Source: the human T2T-CHM13v2.0 reference genome, Homo sapiens. From it: DNA of 64,000 nt. Of this stretch, positions 14,047-34,876 are shown one piece after another. Made by a program: the position numbers and the translations under genes. The stretch lies in the NCBI RefSeq assembly GCF_009914755.1, contig NC_060926.1; one strand, given 5' to 3'. Each line of letters begins with the position of its first letter. Position 1 is the first letter of the stretch. Under the pieces are notes generated by a model. That model saw only the letters and a list, made by a program, of their open reading frames with translations, ran no database searches and had not been told where the DNA came from.

Positions 14047-17000
14047 GGGAGGCAGCAGAGAAAGATGGCCAAATAGAAGCCTCCACTAATCATCCTTCCT
14101 GCAGGGAATACTAAATTGAACAACTGTCCACACACACAAAAAAAACTTGATAAAAACTGAAAATCAGGTGCGTGATCACAGTGCCAGGTTTTAACTTCAT
14201 ATCACTGAAAGAGGCACTGAAGAAAGTAGGAAAGAGAGACTTGAATTACCAATTCCACCCCTCCCCCATCATCTTGGGAGCAGCTGTGTGGCACAGAGAG
14301 AGAATCTGAGAATCTGTATGCTTGGGAGAGGGAGAGCACAGTGACTGTGGGACTTTGCATTGAAACTCAGTGCTTCCCTGTCACAGTGGAAAGCAACACT
14401 GGGAAAAACTCAGCTTGTGTCCATGGAGAGAGCAGTTAGAGCAGACCTAGCCAGAGGGCAATCACCCATCCCAGAGGTTAGAACCTGAATTCCAACGAGC
14501 CTTGCCACTTACAGGCTAAAGTGCTCTAGGGTCCTATCCAAACTTAAAAGGCAATATAGGCCACAAGGCTGAAATTCCTGGGCAAGTCCTGGTGCTGTGC
14601 TGGGCTCAGAGCCAGTAGACGTGGGGGGCACGTGACCCAGTGAGATGACAATTCTAGACACACCCTGGGCCAGAAGGGAACTGCTTCCTTGATGGGAAGG
14701 ATCCAATCCTGGCAGGATTTATCATCTGATGACTAAAGTGCCCTTGGGACCTGAATAATCAGGAGTGATACCCAGGTAGTACTCACCATGGGCCTTTGGT
14801 GAGACTCAGGGATGTGCTGGCTTCAGTTGTGACCCAGCATATTCCCAGTTGTGGTGGCTATGGGCAGAGACTCTTTGTACTTGATAAAAGGGATAGAAGA
14901 GTTAAGGGGACTTTGCTTGCAACTTAGGTACCAGTTCAGCCACCGTGAGGTAGAGCACCAGGTGAACTCTTGGAGTCCCCAGTTCCAGGGCTTGGCTCTT
15001 GAACAACATTTCTGGACTGGCTTTGGGTTAGAGGGGAGCCCATTGCTCTGAAGGGAGAGTCCCAGGCCTTTATAGCATTCACTACAAGCTGACTTAAGAG
15101 CCCTTGGGCTTTGAATGAACATTGGTGGTAGCCAGGCAGTACTCAGCAAGGGCACAGGGTGGTGGTGACCATGGGGAGAGACTGTTCTGTTTGTGGAAAA
15201 GGGAAGGAAGAAAGGGAAGGACTTTGTCTTGTGGCTTGGATGACAGCTCAGCTGCAGAATACACCACCAGGCAGATTCCTAAGGTTTCTGACTCCAGGCC
15301 CTGGCTCCCAGATGGCATCTCTGGACTCACCCAGGATCAGAGGAACTCTCTGCTCTGAAGGAAAGAAAACAATCTGGCTGGTTTCACCACCTGCTGACTG
15401 TATAGCCCTAGGTCCTTGAGAAAACATAGGCAGTAGCCTGACGGTGGTTAACAAGGGCCTTGGAGACCCAGTGCTGTGCTGGCTTCAGGTCTGACTCAAT
15501 GCAGTCCCAGTGGTGGTGGCCTCAGAGGTGCTTGTGTCACCCTTCCTCCAGCTCCAGGTGGCTCAGCACAGAGAGAGGACTCTAGGAGAAAGTAAGGGAA
15601 GAGAACAAGAGTCTCTGCCTGGCAATCCAGTAAGTTCTTCTGGATCTTATCCAGAACACCAAGATGGCACTTCTATGAGCCTACAAGAAACACAGCATTA
15701 CTGAGCTTGGGGTGCCCGCCTGATGAAGTTACAGCTGCAGGGACCAGAAGCTTAGGTCACAACACTCAGTACCTGGACAGCCTTCCCAAGAAGGGCAGGT
15801 ACAAACAAGCCCAGACTGTGAAGACTACAATGAATACCTAACTCTTTAATGCCCAGACACCAACAAATATCCACAAGCATCAAGACCACCTAGAAAAACA
15901 TGACCTCAGCAAGTTAACTAAATAAGGCACCAGGACCAATCCTGGAGAGACAGGGATATGTGACCTTTAAGACAGAGAATTCAAAATAGCTGTTATGTGG
16001 AAACTTAATGAAATTTAAGATAACACAGAGAAGGAATTCAGAATCCTATTAGATAAATTCAACAAAGAGACTGAAATAATTAAAAAGAATCAAACAGAAA
16101 TCCTGGAAATGCAATTTACACACTGAAGAATGTGTCAGTCTCTTACCAGCAGAATTGATTAAGCAGAAGAATTAGTAAGCTTGAAGAAAGGCTATTTAAA
16201 AATACACAGTAGAGGAGACAAAAGAAAAAATAATAAAAAGGATGAAGCATGTCTACAAGATCTACAAGATCTAGAAATAACCTCAAAAGGGCAAATCTAA
16301 GAGTTATTGGCTTTTTGGGGGTAGAGAGAGAGACAGATGGGGTAGCAAGTTTATTCAACAGAGAACTTTCCAAACCTAGAAAAAGATACCAATATTCAAG
16401 TACAGGACAGTTAGAGAATGCTAAGCAGATTTAACCCAAAGAAGACTACCTCAAGCCATTTATTAATCAAGTTCCCAAAGGTCAAGTATAAAGAAAAGAT
16501 CCAAAAAGCAGCAAGAGAAAAGAACAAATAACATAAAATGGAGCTCCAATATGTCTGTCAGCAGACTTTTCAGGGGTTACTTTACAGGTCAGGACAGCAT
16601 GGCAAGACTTACTTAATGTGCTGAGGCAAGGAACCGTTTATCCTAGAATAGTATATACTGTGAAAATATCCTTCAAACATGAAGGAGAAATAAAGACTTT
16701 CCTAGACAAACAAAAGATGAGGGATTTCATCTACATCAGACCTGTCCTATAAGAAATGCTAAAAGGAGTCCTTCAGTCTGAAAGAAAAGGACATTAATGA
16801 ACAATAAGAAATCATCTGAAGTTGTAAAACTCACCAACAATAATAAGTACACAGAAAAACACAGAATATTATAACACTGTAATTGTGGGGTATAAAATAC
16901 TCATATCTTGAGTAGAAAGAAAGATGAACGGATCAAAAATAATAACTACAGCTTTCCAAGACAGTACAATAAGTATAAATAGAAACAACAAAAAGTTTAA

Positions 17001-17274
17001 AAGCAGAGGGATGAAATTAAAATGTAGAATTTGTATTAGTTTTCTCTTTGCTTGTTTGTTTACGCAATCACTGTTAAGTTGTCATCAGTTTAAAATAATG
17101 GGTTGTAAGATATTATTTGCAAGCCTCAGGGTAACCTCAAATAAAAAAAAAACGTACAACAGACACACACAAAAAACAAAAAGCAAGAAATTAAAACATA
17201 CCACCAGAGAAAATTAGCTTCACTAAAAGGAAGACAGGAAAGAAGGAAGAGAACACTACAAATCAACCAGAAAA
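14047..17274 (+). mobile_element. L1MA-type 5' UTR + ORF1 + inter-ORF segment lacking ORF2 and 3' UTR
   Basis: Starts ggggaggcagcagagaaagatggccaaatagaagc; repetitive 5' UTR; ORF1 remnant (NLKRANLRVIG); flanked by a 15-bp TSD CAGAAA(T/G)AAACTCAG. Confidence 0.85.
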
Positions 17275-18703
17275 CAGAAAGAAACTCAGACATTTATGGC
17301 CAACTGATTTTTGACAAGAGCGCCAAGATCATTCAACAGGGAAATAATAGACTTTCCAACAAAATGGTGCTGGGACTAGTGGATATCCACAAGTTAAAAA
17401 AATGAAGTTGGACCACCTATCTCACACTATATACAAAAATTAACTCAAAATAGATCAAAGACCTAAATCTAAGAGCCAAAATGATAAAACTCAGAAGAAA
17501 ATATATGGGCAAATCTTTATGACCTCAGTTTGGCAGTGGTTCTTAAATATGACACCAAAAGCACAAGCAACAAAAGAAGGAAGATAAAAATCGGACTTCA
17601 TCAAAATTTGAAACTTTTTTGCATCAAAGGATACTGTCAAGAGAGTAAAAAACAACCTATAGAATAGAAGAAAATACTTGCAAATCAAATATCTGATAAG
17701 GCTCTGGTGTCCAGAATATATAAACAGGGTGTTCAGCATTAGGGAAGTGCAAATCAAAACCACAGTGAGATATCACTTTACACCCACTAGGATGCCCAAA
17801 GTTAAAAAAAATATAGGTAATAACAAGGGTTGACAAGGATATGGAGAAATTGAAACCTTCATGCATTGCTGGTGGGAATTTAAAATGGTACAGCTGTCTG
17901 TTATGAAAAACAGTTTGACAGTTCCTCAATAAGTTAAACATATAATTTCCATATGACCCAGCAATTTCACTCCTAGAGGACATAACCAAAAGAATTGAAA
18001 ATAGACATTCAAACAAAAATGTGTATGTGTATGTTCATGGCAACTGTATTCATAATAGTCAAAAGCAACCCAAATGTTCATCAGCAGATGAGTAGTTAAC
18101 CAAAATGTGGCATACAATGGAACATTATTCAACTATAAAAGAAATAAAGTACTGATATATGCTACAACATAAATAAACGTTGAAATATAATTATGTTAAG
18201 TGAAAAAAGCTAGACAGAAAAGACCACTTGTTGCATGGTTCCATTCTCTTAATGAAATATCCAGAATGGCATATCCACAGGGAAAGAAGAGATTATTGTT
18301 TGCCAGAGATGGAGGGGAGAAGAGAATAGAGAGTGACCGCTTAATGGATGGAGGGTTTTCATTTAGGATAATGAAAAATTTCTGGAACCAGAGAGTGGTA
18401 ATTATTGCACAATATTGTGAACACACTTAATATCTTTAAATCATGCACCTTAAAATTTTAAATGGTAAATTTTATGTTATGTGTATTTTGCCACACAAAA
18501 CAAAGAATAGAAACAACTATTCAAATGAACAAAAAGCACCTCCAAGGTAAATTTATATGCTTTATCTAATTGTAAACATTATTTCTAGACTCATCACTTC
18601 TACTCATGCAAAGATGACTAAGCAGGAATAAAACAACAAAATATGACGCATACACACAATGATTAATGACAAAAAGGGAAGGTCGTACTTACACTTGAGG
18701 TAC

Positions 18704-19102
18704 TCTTGTGGGTTAAATTGTCCTCTCCAACCCCAATTTCTATCTAGAAGCTTCAGGATGTGATTGCATTTGGAGATAGTTCCTTTAAAGGCAGTGACTA
18801 AGTTAAAATGAGGCTGTTAGAGTAGGCCTTAATCCAATTTGACTGGTATCCTTGTAAGAAGAGGCATCCTTGTGAGGCATCCTAGCTCACGAAAGACAGT
18901 AGGAATGTGCGTTCACAGAGGAAAGACCATGTGAGGACCCAGTGAGAAGGCAGTCATCTACAAGGCAAGGTGAGGCCTCAGAAGAAACTACACCAGCCAC
19001 CACCCTGATCTCAGACTTCCAGCCTCCAGAATGGTGAGAAAATAAATTTGTGTTGTTTAAGCTATCTTGTCTGTAGTCTTTTATCATGGCAGACCTAATA
19101 CA
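18704..19102 (+). mobile_element. MLT1A/B-type solo LTR
   Basis: gggttaaattgtcc...gatctcagacttccagcctccagaatggtgagaaaataaatttgtgttgtttaagc...ctaataca. Confidence 0.85.
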
Positions 19103-20171
19103 CTGCTAACAAGTACACAGGCCTAAAAGTGACTAAAATTGACACCAAAAAAAAATTTAGAAAACTGTTTGGCAAACTGAATAGGAAGCAGAGGCATATA
19201 AAATAAATGAAATAGGAGTAAAAGACAGGAGGAGAGAAAATCATTATGTGAAAAGATCATAGAAGGAAATAAGGAAGGAGAACAGAAAACTAAAAATGCA
19301 TTACCATAACAGAATTGAAATCTTCACTATAAACAGTAAACAACAAGCAAACATAAGAAATGGAATCTGTGACATGATATATAAATGTGAGAATTCTTCC
19401 AAACTGTAGAACATAAAAATTAGAAAATGATGAAGTAGAGATTATCAATTTAAATTACAGAAAACGGAGACCTACAAGAAGTGCGAAGCTTCCTGAAGAA
19501 GTAACAAAGCCAATAAAATTGAACTAATAATCATTTAGTAAATTAACTTTCTGAGTAGAAAAATTTCAAAGTATAAAGATTAAAGGTCAACATAAACAGA
19601 ACCACCCTTGGTTAATTTCTGGTAAAAATTTCAAATCACAAAAATAGAGAAAAAATTCGGAAAATATTTAAGACAAAAAATGTTCACCTTTGAAATGATC
19701 ACTTACCATGTTTGACAGTTGTTTAAAAAATTACTGGTGCTATTCTGTTAAAAACTTGATAGTCACGATTAAATAATTTTTCAATTTTTTGTAAATATAG
19801 AACACTGTCTTTGCCTAGGGAATCACTAAACATTTGCTTTTTTTATTGTTTAAGCAAATAAACAGTTGCTTGCTGCAGAAAAAATGAGAGTTTTTAATAC
19901 CAAAGAAATTGAGAAATGATATTTTATATCTTTAGAATCCACATTAAATGACCTGTTAATTACAAAAGACTAATAAAACACCCACTGGCAGATATAGTCA
20001 GTTACTAAGCACTCTTAGTGTCATTTTTCAACTTGGAATTGCAAATGACCCCAAAATAACTATGTATAAACATAAGAATTTGCTATATAAGCTTGTATCA
20101 ATTAGCTTTTGCTGTATAACACACTACCCTAAAGCTTCACTGCTTTAAACAACAACCATTTTACTTGCTGA

Positions 20172-20620
20172 TGTAGAGGAGAAATAATATCTTTTCCTCA
20201 CCCATCACGAATTTTTATCCCTTTCTCTTGTTAACATGTCTGTTCTTACACGGGAGACCCAAAGAGAAAACCTAAAGACCCAAGGAAAACTGTATTTTTA
20301 TGGGCAGTGGTGCAGAAGTGTGACTGGAGGACAAAACGGTGTGATCTAATGGTAATAAGCTAGGGGAACTTGACAAGGCCTGTTCAGATTCTTCTTGCAC
20401 TTCAGGTATAGAACAGGACCCCTCTGGAATGAGGGTCTTATAACCTACTTTCCGGGAATGTAGGTCAGAGAATTCTTTTATGACTTGCTTCAAGAGAGAA
20501 AGGTTGGAGAAGGATCGAGAGTAACCTGCCTGATTGTGCAGTTTTCTCAGTTTCCTCCAGCTTAACATACTCCGTATGCCAAGGTGCCGTATTTTGGGTA
20601 CCATGCTCTGATCCTCAACA
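20172..20620 (-). mobile_element. ERV1-class solo LTR (MER67-like)
   Basis: TG...CA termini, 4-bp TSD CTGA (20168-20171 / 20621-20624), terminal motif aaggtgccgtattttgggtaccatgctctgatcctcaaca. Confidence 0.8.
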
Positions 20621-20656
20621 CTGACAATTCTGCAGGCTAAGAACTGAAGTGACCCA

Positions 20657-20959
20657 GGCTGGGTGTGGTGACTCACACCTGTAATCCTTGCACTTTGGGA
20701 GGCCAAGGAGGGTGGATTGCCTGAGCTCAGGAGTTCAAGACCAGCTTGGGTGACATGGCAAAACCCCGTATCTACTAAAAATACAAAAAATTAGCTGGGC
20801 ATGGTGGAGTGTGCCTGTAATCCCAGCTACTCAGGAGGCTGAAGCACGAGAACTACTCGAACTCAGGAGGTGAAGGTTGCGGTGAGCCGAGATCATGCCA
20901 CTGCACTCCAGCCTGGGTAACAGGGGGAGACTCCATCTCAAAAAACAAACAAACAAAAA
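20657..20959 (+). mobile_element. Alu (AluS-type)
   Basis: Dimeric Alu with (A)n/(CAAA)n tail; TSD aagaa(c/t)tgaagtgacc. Confidence 0.95.
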
Positions 20960-21589
20960 AAGAATTGAAGTGACCTCAAATGGAAGTCTTACCAAGTACC
21001 ATATATGTGTCTGCAATCATTGGGCAGCTCAACTGGGCTGAATGGTCTGAAGTGGTTTGGTGTTGGTGTTTGAAGCCACAGGTCTCCAGCAAGCCAGCCC
21101 AGACTTCTTTATATGGTGGTAGCATTCCAAGAGGGCAAGCCCTATTGTGCTTTTTTAAGTCTGTGCTTAAATCTTATATGCTGATGTCCCATTGTCCAAA
21201 ACAAGTAACACTGCCAAACACAGAGCCAATGTGGGAATGAACTACAGATAAGGGCAAGGATATAAAGAGATTTGTGCATTGCAAAAACAATCTACTACAA
21301 ACTGCATCCATATAAACATGCTTAAAGGGTACAAATTTTAGGAATTCATTGTCAGGAAACAATTACACATAAACAAAATGTTCATTCAAAGATATTCTTC
21401 AAAGTATTATTCATAATGATGACAAATTAGAAACAATCTAAATGCCCAATTATAGGACGTTAGCCAAGCAAGCTCATATGATTAACTATGATACAACCAT
21501 TTTTCAAAAACCACTGGATAAAGGTATATGTATTGATATAAGAAAGTGTTTGGGATAAGCTTATGAAAATTTTTGAATTTTTATTTATC

Positions 21590-21924
<335 letters not shown>

Positions 21925-21964
21925 TAAAGAAATCAGCCTACAATACATACAGTATTTTTGTAAA

Positions 21965-26715
<4,751 letters not shown>

Positions 26716-26717
26716 GA

Positions 26718-29768
<3,051 letters not shown>

Positions 29769-29899
29769 GGAAGGTCACAGTTCCCTTATGAAAGAAAAAT
29801 TATACATGTATATATATGTAGAGAGAGAGAGAAAGAAATGTCACAGAGAATAAAAGATTAAATGGATGTATTCTAAATTGTAATCGTGATTAATTGTAA

Positions 29900-30075
29900 C
29901 AATATGGATTCTGAAGTAAGACAGATCTAAGTCTGAATAAGTTAATTTGATCAGTTATTTAACCCTTCTGAGTCTGTTTTCTCTGCTATAAATTGGAGCC
30001 GAAACAACAGCATGGGGTTGTCGTGCTAATTAAATGAGATAATACTTGCAGAGTAGTACTTGGCAAACAAAATTA
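29900..30075 (+). mobile_element. MIR fragment
   Basis: ttatttaacccttctgagtctgttttctctgctataaattgg...ttaaatgagataat. Confidence 0.6.
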
Positions 30076-30629
30076 AAGATTGTTAGTATTACTCTGATTT
30101 GATAAATAAGGAGTACTTTTTCTTCTTTTTGTTTATTTCCCATTTTTGTTAGATGAGACTGAATCATTTCACTTGGTAAAAAAAAAAACTAACTAAAAAG
30201 AATAGTACAGAACATTTCCTGGGATTATTGACCCTGGAGATTTTGTTTAAATAAGCCTCCATACAGATGGACAGAGCCAAAACCACAGTGCTACAGCTCT
30301 AATTCAGCAAGGAAAGGCTCTCCTTCCTTTGAGAGGAGTTGGAAAAACAGGTCCCCCTGCACAGGGAAAACTCAGAAGGAAGTTCCAGGAGGAAGTTCTC
30401 CTGGTACATTGTGAAGATACAAGAACAGAGTTCATGTGGGACATTTACTTAACAAATGCTTGGTATCACACAGAGTGCCACTGATAGCTGGAAAATTAAC
30501 CTGTGTTAGGCCAGATCTACTTCACTACAGGCCATTTTCTACAGCCAATCGACTTCAACAGGGTAGTTATAATGATATGTCCTTTATTTTTGGAAGTTTC
30601 ATTAACATTACCATTCCCAGGATGTGATG

Positions 30630-31132
30630 TGTAAGGGAAGAAAAACTTCTTTCCTCATTCGTTGCCAGGTTCATGGCTAAGGCCCCATGACAAAAATCAA
30701 ATTAACAAGAGAAAAGCATACAAGTTTATTTAATAAATGTTTTACGTGACACAGGAGACTTCATAAATAAAGATCTGGAGATCCAGGTAAACCTGTGTGT
30801 TTTTATGCTAGGAAGAGTGGATAGTTGTGCAGAAGTATGATTAGCTAGAGCGGCTATGAGCTAATGGTAATAAACAGGGAGATTTAGCAAGGCTTGTTTG
30901 TTCAGATTCTTCTGTTTTTGTGTCTTCAGAGATAGGCTCATTTCTTTCCTCCAGGTACAGGGAGGGCACCACTGGAATGAGTGTCTTATGACCTACTTCA
31001 GGGGAAGGTCAGCTACATTTTATGACCTGCTTCAAGAAAGAAGGGGCAAGGGTGAACGTGACATACTGCTTCTGCCATTTCCTTAAATGCTAAGATTCCA
31101 TATTTTGGGGTAATGTGTCCCAAACCCCATCA
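30630..31132 (-). mobile_element. ERV1-class solo LTR (MER67-like), related to 20172-20620
   Basis: Shared blocks (ctaatggtaataa, caaggc..gttcagattcttct, ttatgacctactt, catattttggggtaatgtgtcccaaaccccatca); TG...CA ends. Confidence 0.78.
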
Positions 31133-31895
31133 ATTTTGCACTCCAATTAGTTTATAGGCAGTTTGCCTTCAAACTAATAATTTACATTTAAAAATAAACA
31201 ACTACCATAAAGTCAAGTTTACGTTCTTGTAGTCGAGTAGGACAGTAACATGATATTCAGAAAAGCACAAAGGGGGATGGTCTTTCACAAATTTCAGTAA
31301 ACATAACAGTGTCAATAAAGCTTGCAAACTAAATGAATCCAGTGTATCTAGAGAATAAAGATATTTAGGTGTAAAACCATCAACTGTTCCAGATATTGCA
31401 AGCTTGTTGAGGGCCAAGTTAGTGTCCTATATTATTTATATTTCCAAAAACACCTGGCAAAGTATTTTGCACAAGACATACCTGGGACCTGATTGGTTTT
31501 GTTGATTACTATCCAAAATACTTGTGTTGACATTTGCGAGGTAGTATTGCCTTGCAAATACAGGCTCAACTCCATAACCACAAGGAGAGCATTTGAAGCA
31601 TTTTAAAAAATAGCAATGAGGTATCTACTTTTTTAACACCGTATGGCAAAGGAACAGTGAACATTTGAATGGGTATTCAGCAGTGTAAAACGCTGACAGC
31701 AAAACTATACCTTCCATTGAGTTGGCAGCTCATTCTTAAGAAGATATTCATCCCGGCACAGGTATCGGACCTGAAGTTAATCTCAGTGTATCCCCCTCTT
31801 CCTCTACAATGCAGTTTTTAACTCTAACTCAGGAGAATGTTTAAGTCAGGAGAATTTTAAAAAATATCAAAATCAGTCTTTTAAATTTCTTTTAA

Positions 31896-32242
<347 letters not shown>

Positions 32243-32580
32243 CGGTCATGTTATATTTTAAGTTTTTATAATTGAATACTTAAAACATACATAAAAGTAG
32301 ACAGAATAGTATCATGAATGCCCATGTACATATCGCCAGCCCCACCAACAACCCATAGGTCATCCTGCCCTGTCCACACCTTTACCCATTCCTTACAGTC
32401 CTGTATTATTTTGAAATAAATCCCAGATATTATATATTTCATTCATTAATACTTAGGTTAATTAGGTAATTGACCTAAAATATAAAAACTCTTTTATAAA
32501 TAACCATATTATCATCATATCTGAAAAATTAATAATTCCTTAATTATCAAATATCCATTATTTAAATTTATAATTGTGTC

Positions 32581-32720
32581 ATAAATATTGTCATAAATAG
32601 ATTTGCTGTTTTAAAGCTTGTTCCTTCATTTTCTCTGTTTTGTTTTAGATAAACATTGTCATAAATAGATTTGTTGTTTTAAAGCTTGTTCCTTCATTTT
32701 CTCTGATTGTTTTGTTTTAG
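32581..32720. repeat. Tandem duplication, two copies of a ~68-72 bp unit
   Basis: 32581-32648 and 32649-32720 differ by two substitutions and a 4-bp indel. Confidence 0.92.
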
Positions 32721-32955
32721 ATTCAGAGGTTACTTATGCTTGTTTGTTACATGGATGTTACATGTGTAATGGGGGATATTGGACTTCTAGTGTACTCATC
32801 ACCCATATACTGAACACTGTACTCAAAAGGTAATTTTTCAACCCTCATCCCCCTCCAACCTCCCCCCTTTTGGAGTCTGCAGCGTCTATTATGTCCACCT
32901 GTGTCCATGTGTACCCATGGCTTAGCTGCCACTTATAGGTGAGAACGTGCCGTAT
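32705..32955 (-). mobile_element. L1PB-type 3' end fragment
   Basis: ttgtttgttacatggatg...cttctagtgtactcatcaccc...gcttagctgccacttataggtgagaacgtg. Confidence 0.75.
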
Positions 32956-33881
32956 TCCCTCTCCATTTTGTGTGTGTAATTTATTTCTATTGAATAAATC
33001 AATTTGTTTGTATTTCAGATTCCCCTGCTGGTTTGATGATTAGAGAATAGTTGCACTTGTTTCCTTTATTCTCTGTTTTCCCTGTGAATTGGTCATTGGA
33101 TATAAAGGCCCCATTCAATTCAGGATTTTTTGTTTTGGGGTTTTTTGGTGGGGGAAAGGCAGGATATTTTCTTGCTTTCATTGTGTCAGATCCTATCATT
33201 TTCAGTGCAGTTTTTAAAAGCTAACTTTTCTATTTTCTCTTACCTCATCCTTGCCTTTGTTTTGCCCACACCTTCTATCTGCAAGTAACCCATATTAAAA
33301 ACAGAGTGCATACCCTTTCATATTTTTCTCCATATTCACATAGGTATCTTTACATATGTACACAGAGTTTGCTTTACAAAAATGAGGTCATGGAAAGCCT
33401 TCCAAGTCAAATAGTAGAGCTCGAGTTTGTTCTATTTAGTGGCTGCAAAATAATATTCCACTGTGCATATGTACCACAATTTATTCAGTTATCTCACTAC
33501 TAGTGGGCACTTGCTTTGCTCCCAGTTCTTTTTGCCCCATCCTGTTCATATACACTTATATACATTTATATAGGATAGAATCCTAGGAGCAGGATTTTTG
33601 TCTCAAATAGTAGCTTTTTATTTTAACAGATTTTTTTTCTGGACAGCTTTCAAAAAAGGCTGTAGCAATTCACATATCCATCAGCAAAGGATAAGATCGC
33701 CCTTTCCCCCACAATCTTAAATAGTCTCAAGGAGCCAGCAAGAATCAGGGGTTCTCCAAGGAGAGGGGAAAGTCTATGAGATTCCTTACTCAGCAATAAA
33801 TGAGCTAACAGTGAATTATTCCTCAATAGAAAGGCCCCTTTCTATTCATCTTTGGATCTTTTTAGCCAAATAGGCCTCACA

Positions 33882-33972
33882 CAGAACCAAAGCCCAGAAC
33901 AACCCAAAACAGGGTCTGAAGTCCAGAACAACCCAAAACAAAGTCCAGAACAAGCCAAACAGGATCTGAAGA
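33882..33972. repeat. Degenerate minisatellite-like repeat
   Basis: Three copies of ccagaacaa(c/g)ccaaa(a)ca, two followed by gg(g/a)tctgaag. Confidence 0.8.
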
Positions 33973-34199
33973 CAGTTGTCTCTAACTCACTCCTCCCCAC
34001 TTCATGAATCCCCGTGAGTTCTTTCCCACTGGATAGTACTTGCATATTACACAATCAGCTGCATCTAGCATCTGCTCTTAATTTCATTTGATATTTTATC
34101 ATCTCAGTTAAGATTCTGGGAAAAAGAAGTTGCCTTCTTTTTGAAAGGGATTGAAAGAAACTAGGAAACTTGGCAGGAAGATCATTCTTAAGCCAGGAA

Positions 34200-34450
34200 A
34201 AAAATTTTTAATGCTCACATGTGAACATGTGATGGTCATACCAGAAGGAGCACCCACCTCCCTCCCTCTGTGACAGACACATTTTCTTAGCCTTCACCTT
34301 TCCTTCTTTCAAGTTGCTGAAAATCCACAGTGTTTCTGTTCATTTGTTACTTTCATTCTCACCTATCTTCTCTCTTGCTCCATCTACCAGAACAATAATT
34401 CCCCATATAATACTTCTCACTTCACTTTTCAACGCAGGACCTCTTGTTGG
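34200..34450 (+). other. Candidate upstream non-coding exon (5' end unknown)
   Basis: Good donor TGG|gtaagc at 34450/34451 in unique sequence; no transcript evidence available here. Confidence 0.35.
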
Positions 34451-34692
34451 GTAAGCTAAAAGGATATGTGCTCTGTAAATAAGAAAAATCTTTATTCAAA
34501 GAATCTATCAAATGTTCCCATGACTCCATCTCTATTTGTATATCTAAAGATTGCATAGTAGAGAAAAACAAAAGATTAGCCCTGCTTCATCTTACAGCTG
34601 GGAGAGTCATGAAAGGCCAAATGGGTAACAAAGCTCCTGGTTTTGACCAAGCCTAGCCAAAGAAGCTACTCAAATGTCAAAGGCATTGTTTG

Positions 34693-34810
34693 TATAAAAA
34701 GGGAACCAAAGTACAGGTTCCCTTTACAGTAGAAATAAGAGAACTCCCTGTTGACAAAGGGAGGAGGAAGAAAATATAAAGTACACTTTTAAAACATGAA
34801 GTCTTCATAG
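34693..34810 (+). promoter_or_regulatory. Candidate TATA-containing upstream promoter of DHRS9
   Basis: TATAAAA at 34693-34699 and TATAAA at 34775-34780 in unique sequence, ~100-180 nt upstream of the 34877 ATG exon. Confidence 0.45.
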
Positions 34811-34876
34811 CAGCTTATAGTCGTTCAGAGAAACATGTTCCACTGAGAATGACTTGAGAGAGAGGATTACATCATT

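Larger units (their letters stand above)
8400..18495 (+). mobile_element. Old mammalian L1 (L1MB-like), near full-length with internal deletions, interrupted by FLAM, THE1 and a second L1
   Basis: 5' end aagatggcagagtagg; ORF1 remnant (9973-10308: AERIFENIMAENFPNL); ORF2 remnants 10480-10780, 13074-14046 and 17275 onward; L1MB-type 3' UTR ending ~18495. Confidence 0.85.
20095..21300 (-). mobile_element. MLT1 LTR split by an ERV1 LTR and an Alu
   Basis: tgtatcaattagcttttgctgtataacacactaccctaaagc...; resumes after 20624 and after 20975 (cccattgtccaaaacaagtaacactgccaaacacagag...aatctactaca). Confidence 0.65.

Noticed and set aside
19200-19700. Possible very old HAL1/L1 ORF1 remnant
   Set aside because: A-rich and suggestive, but too degenerate to call without a profile search.
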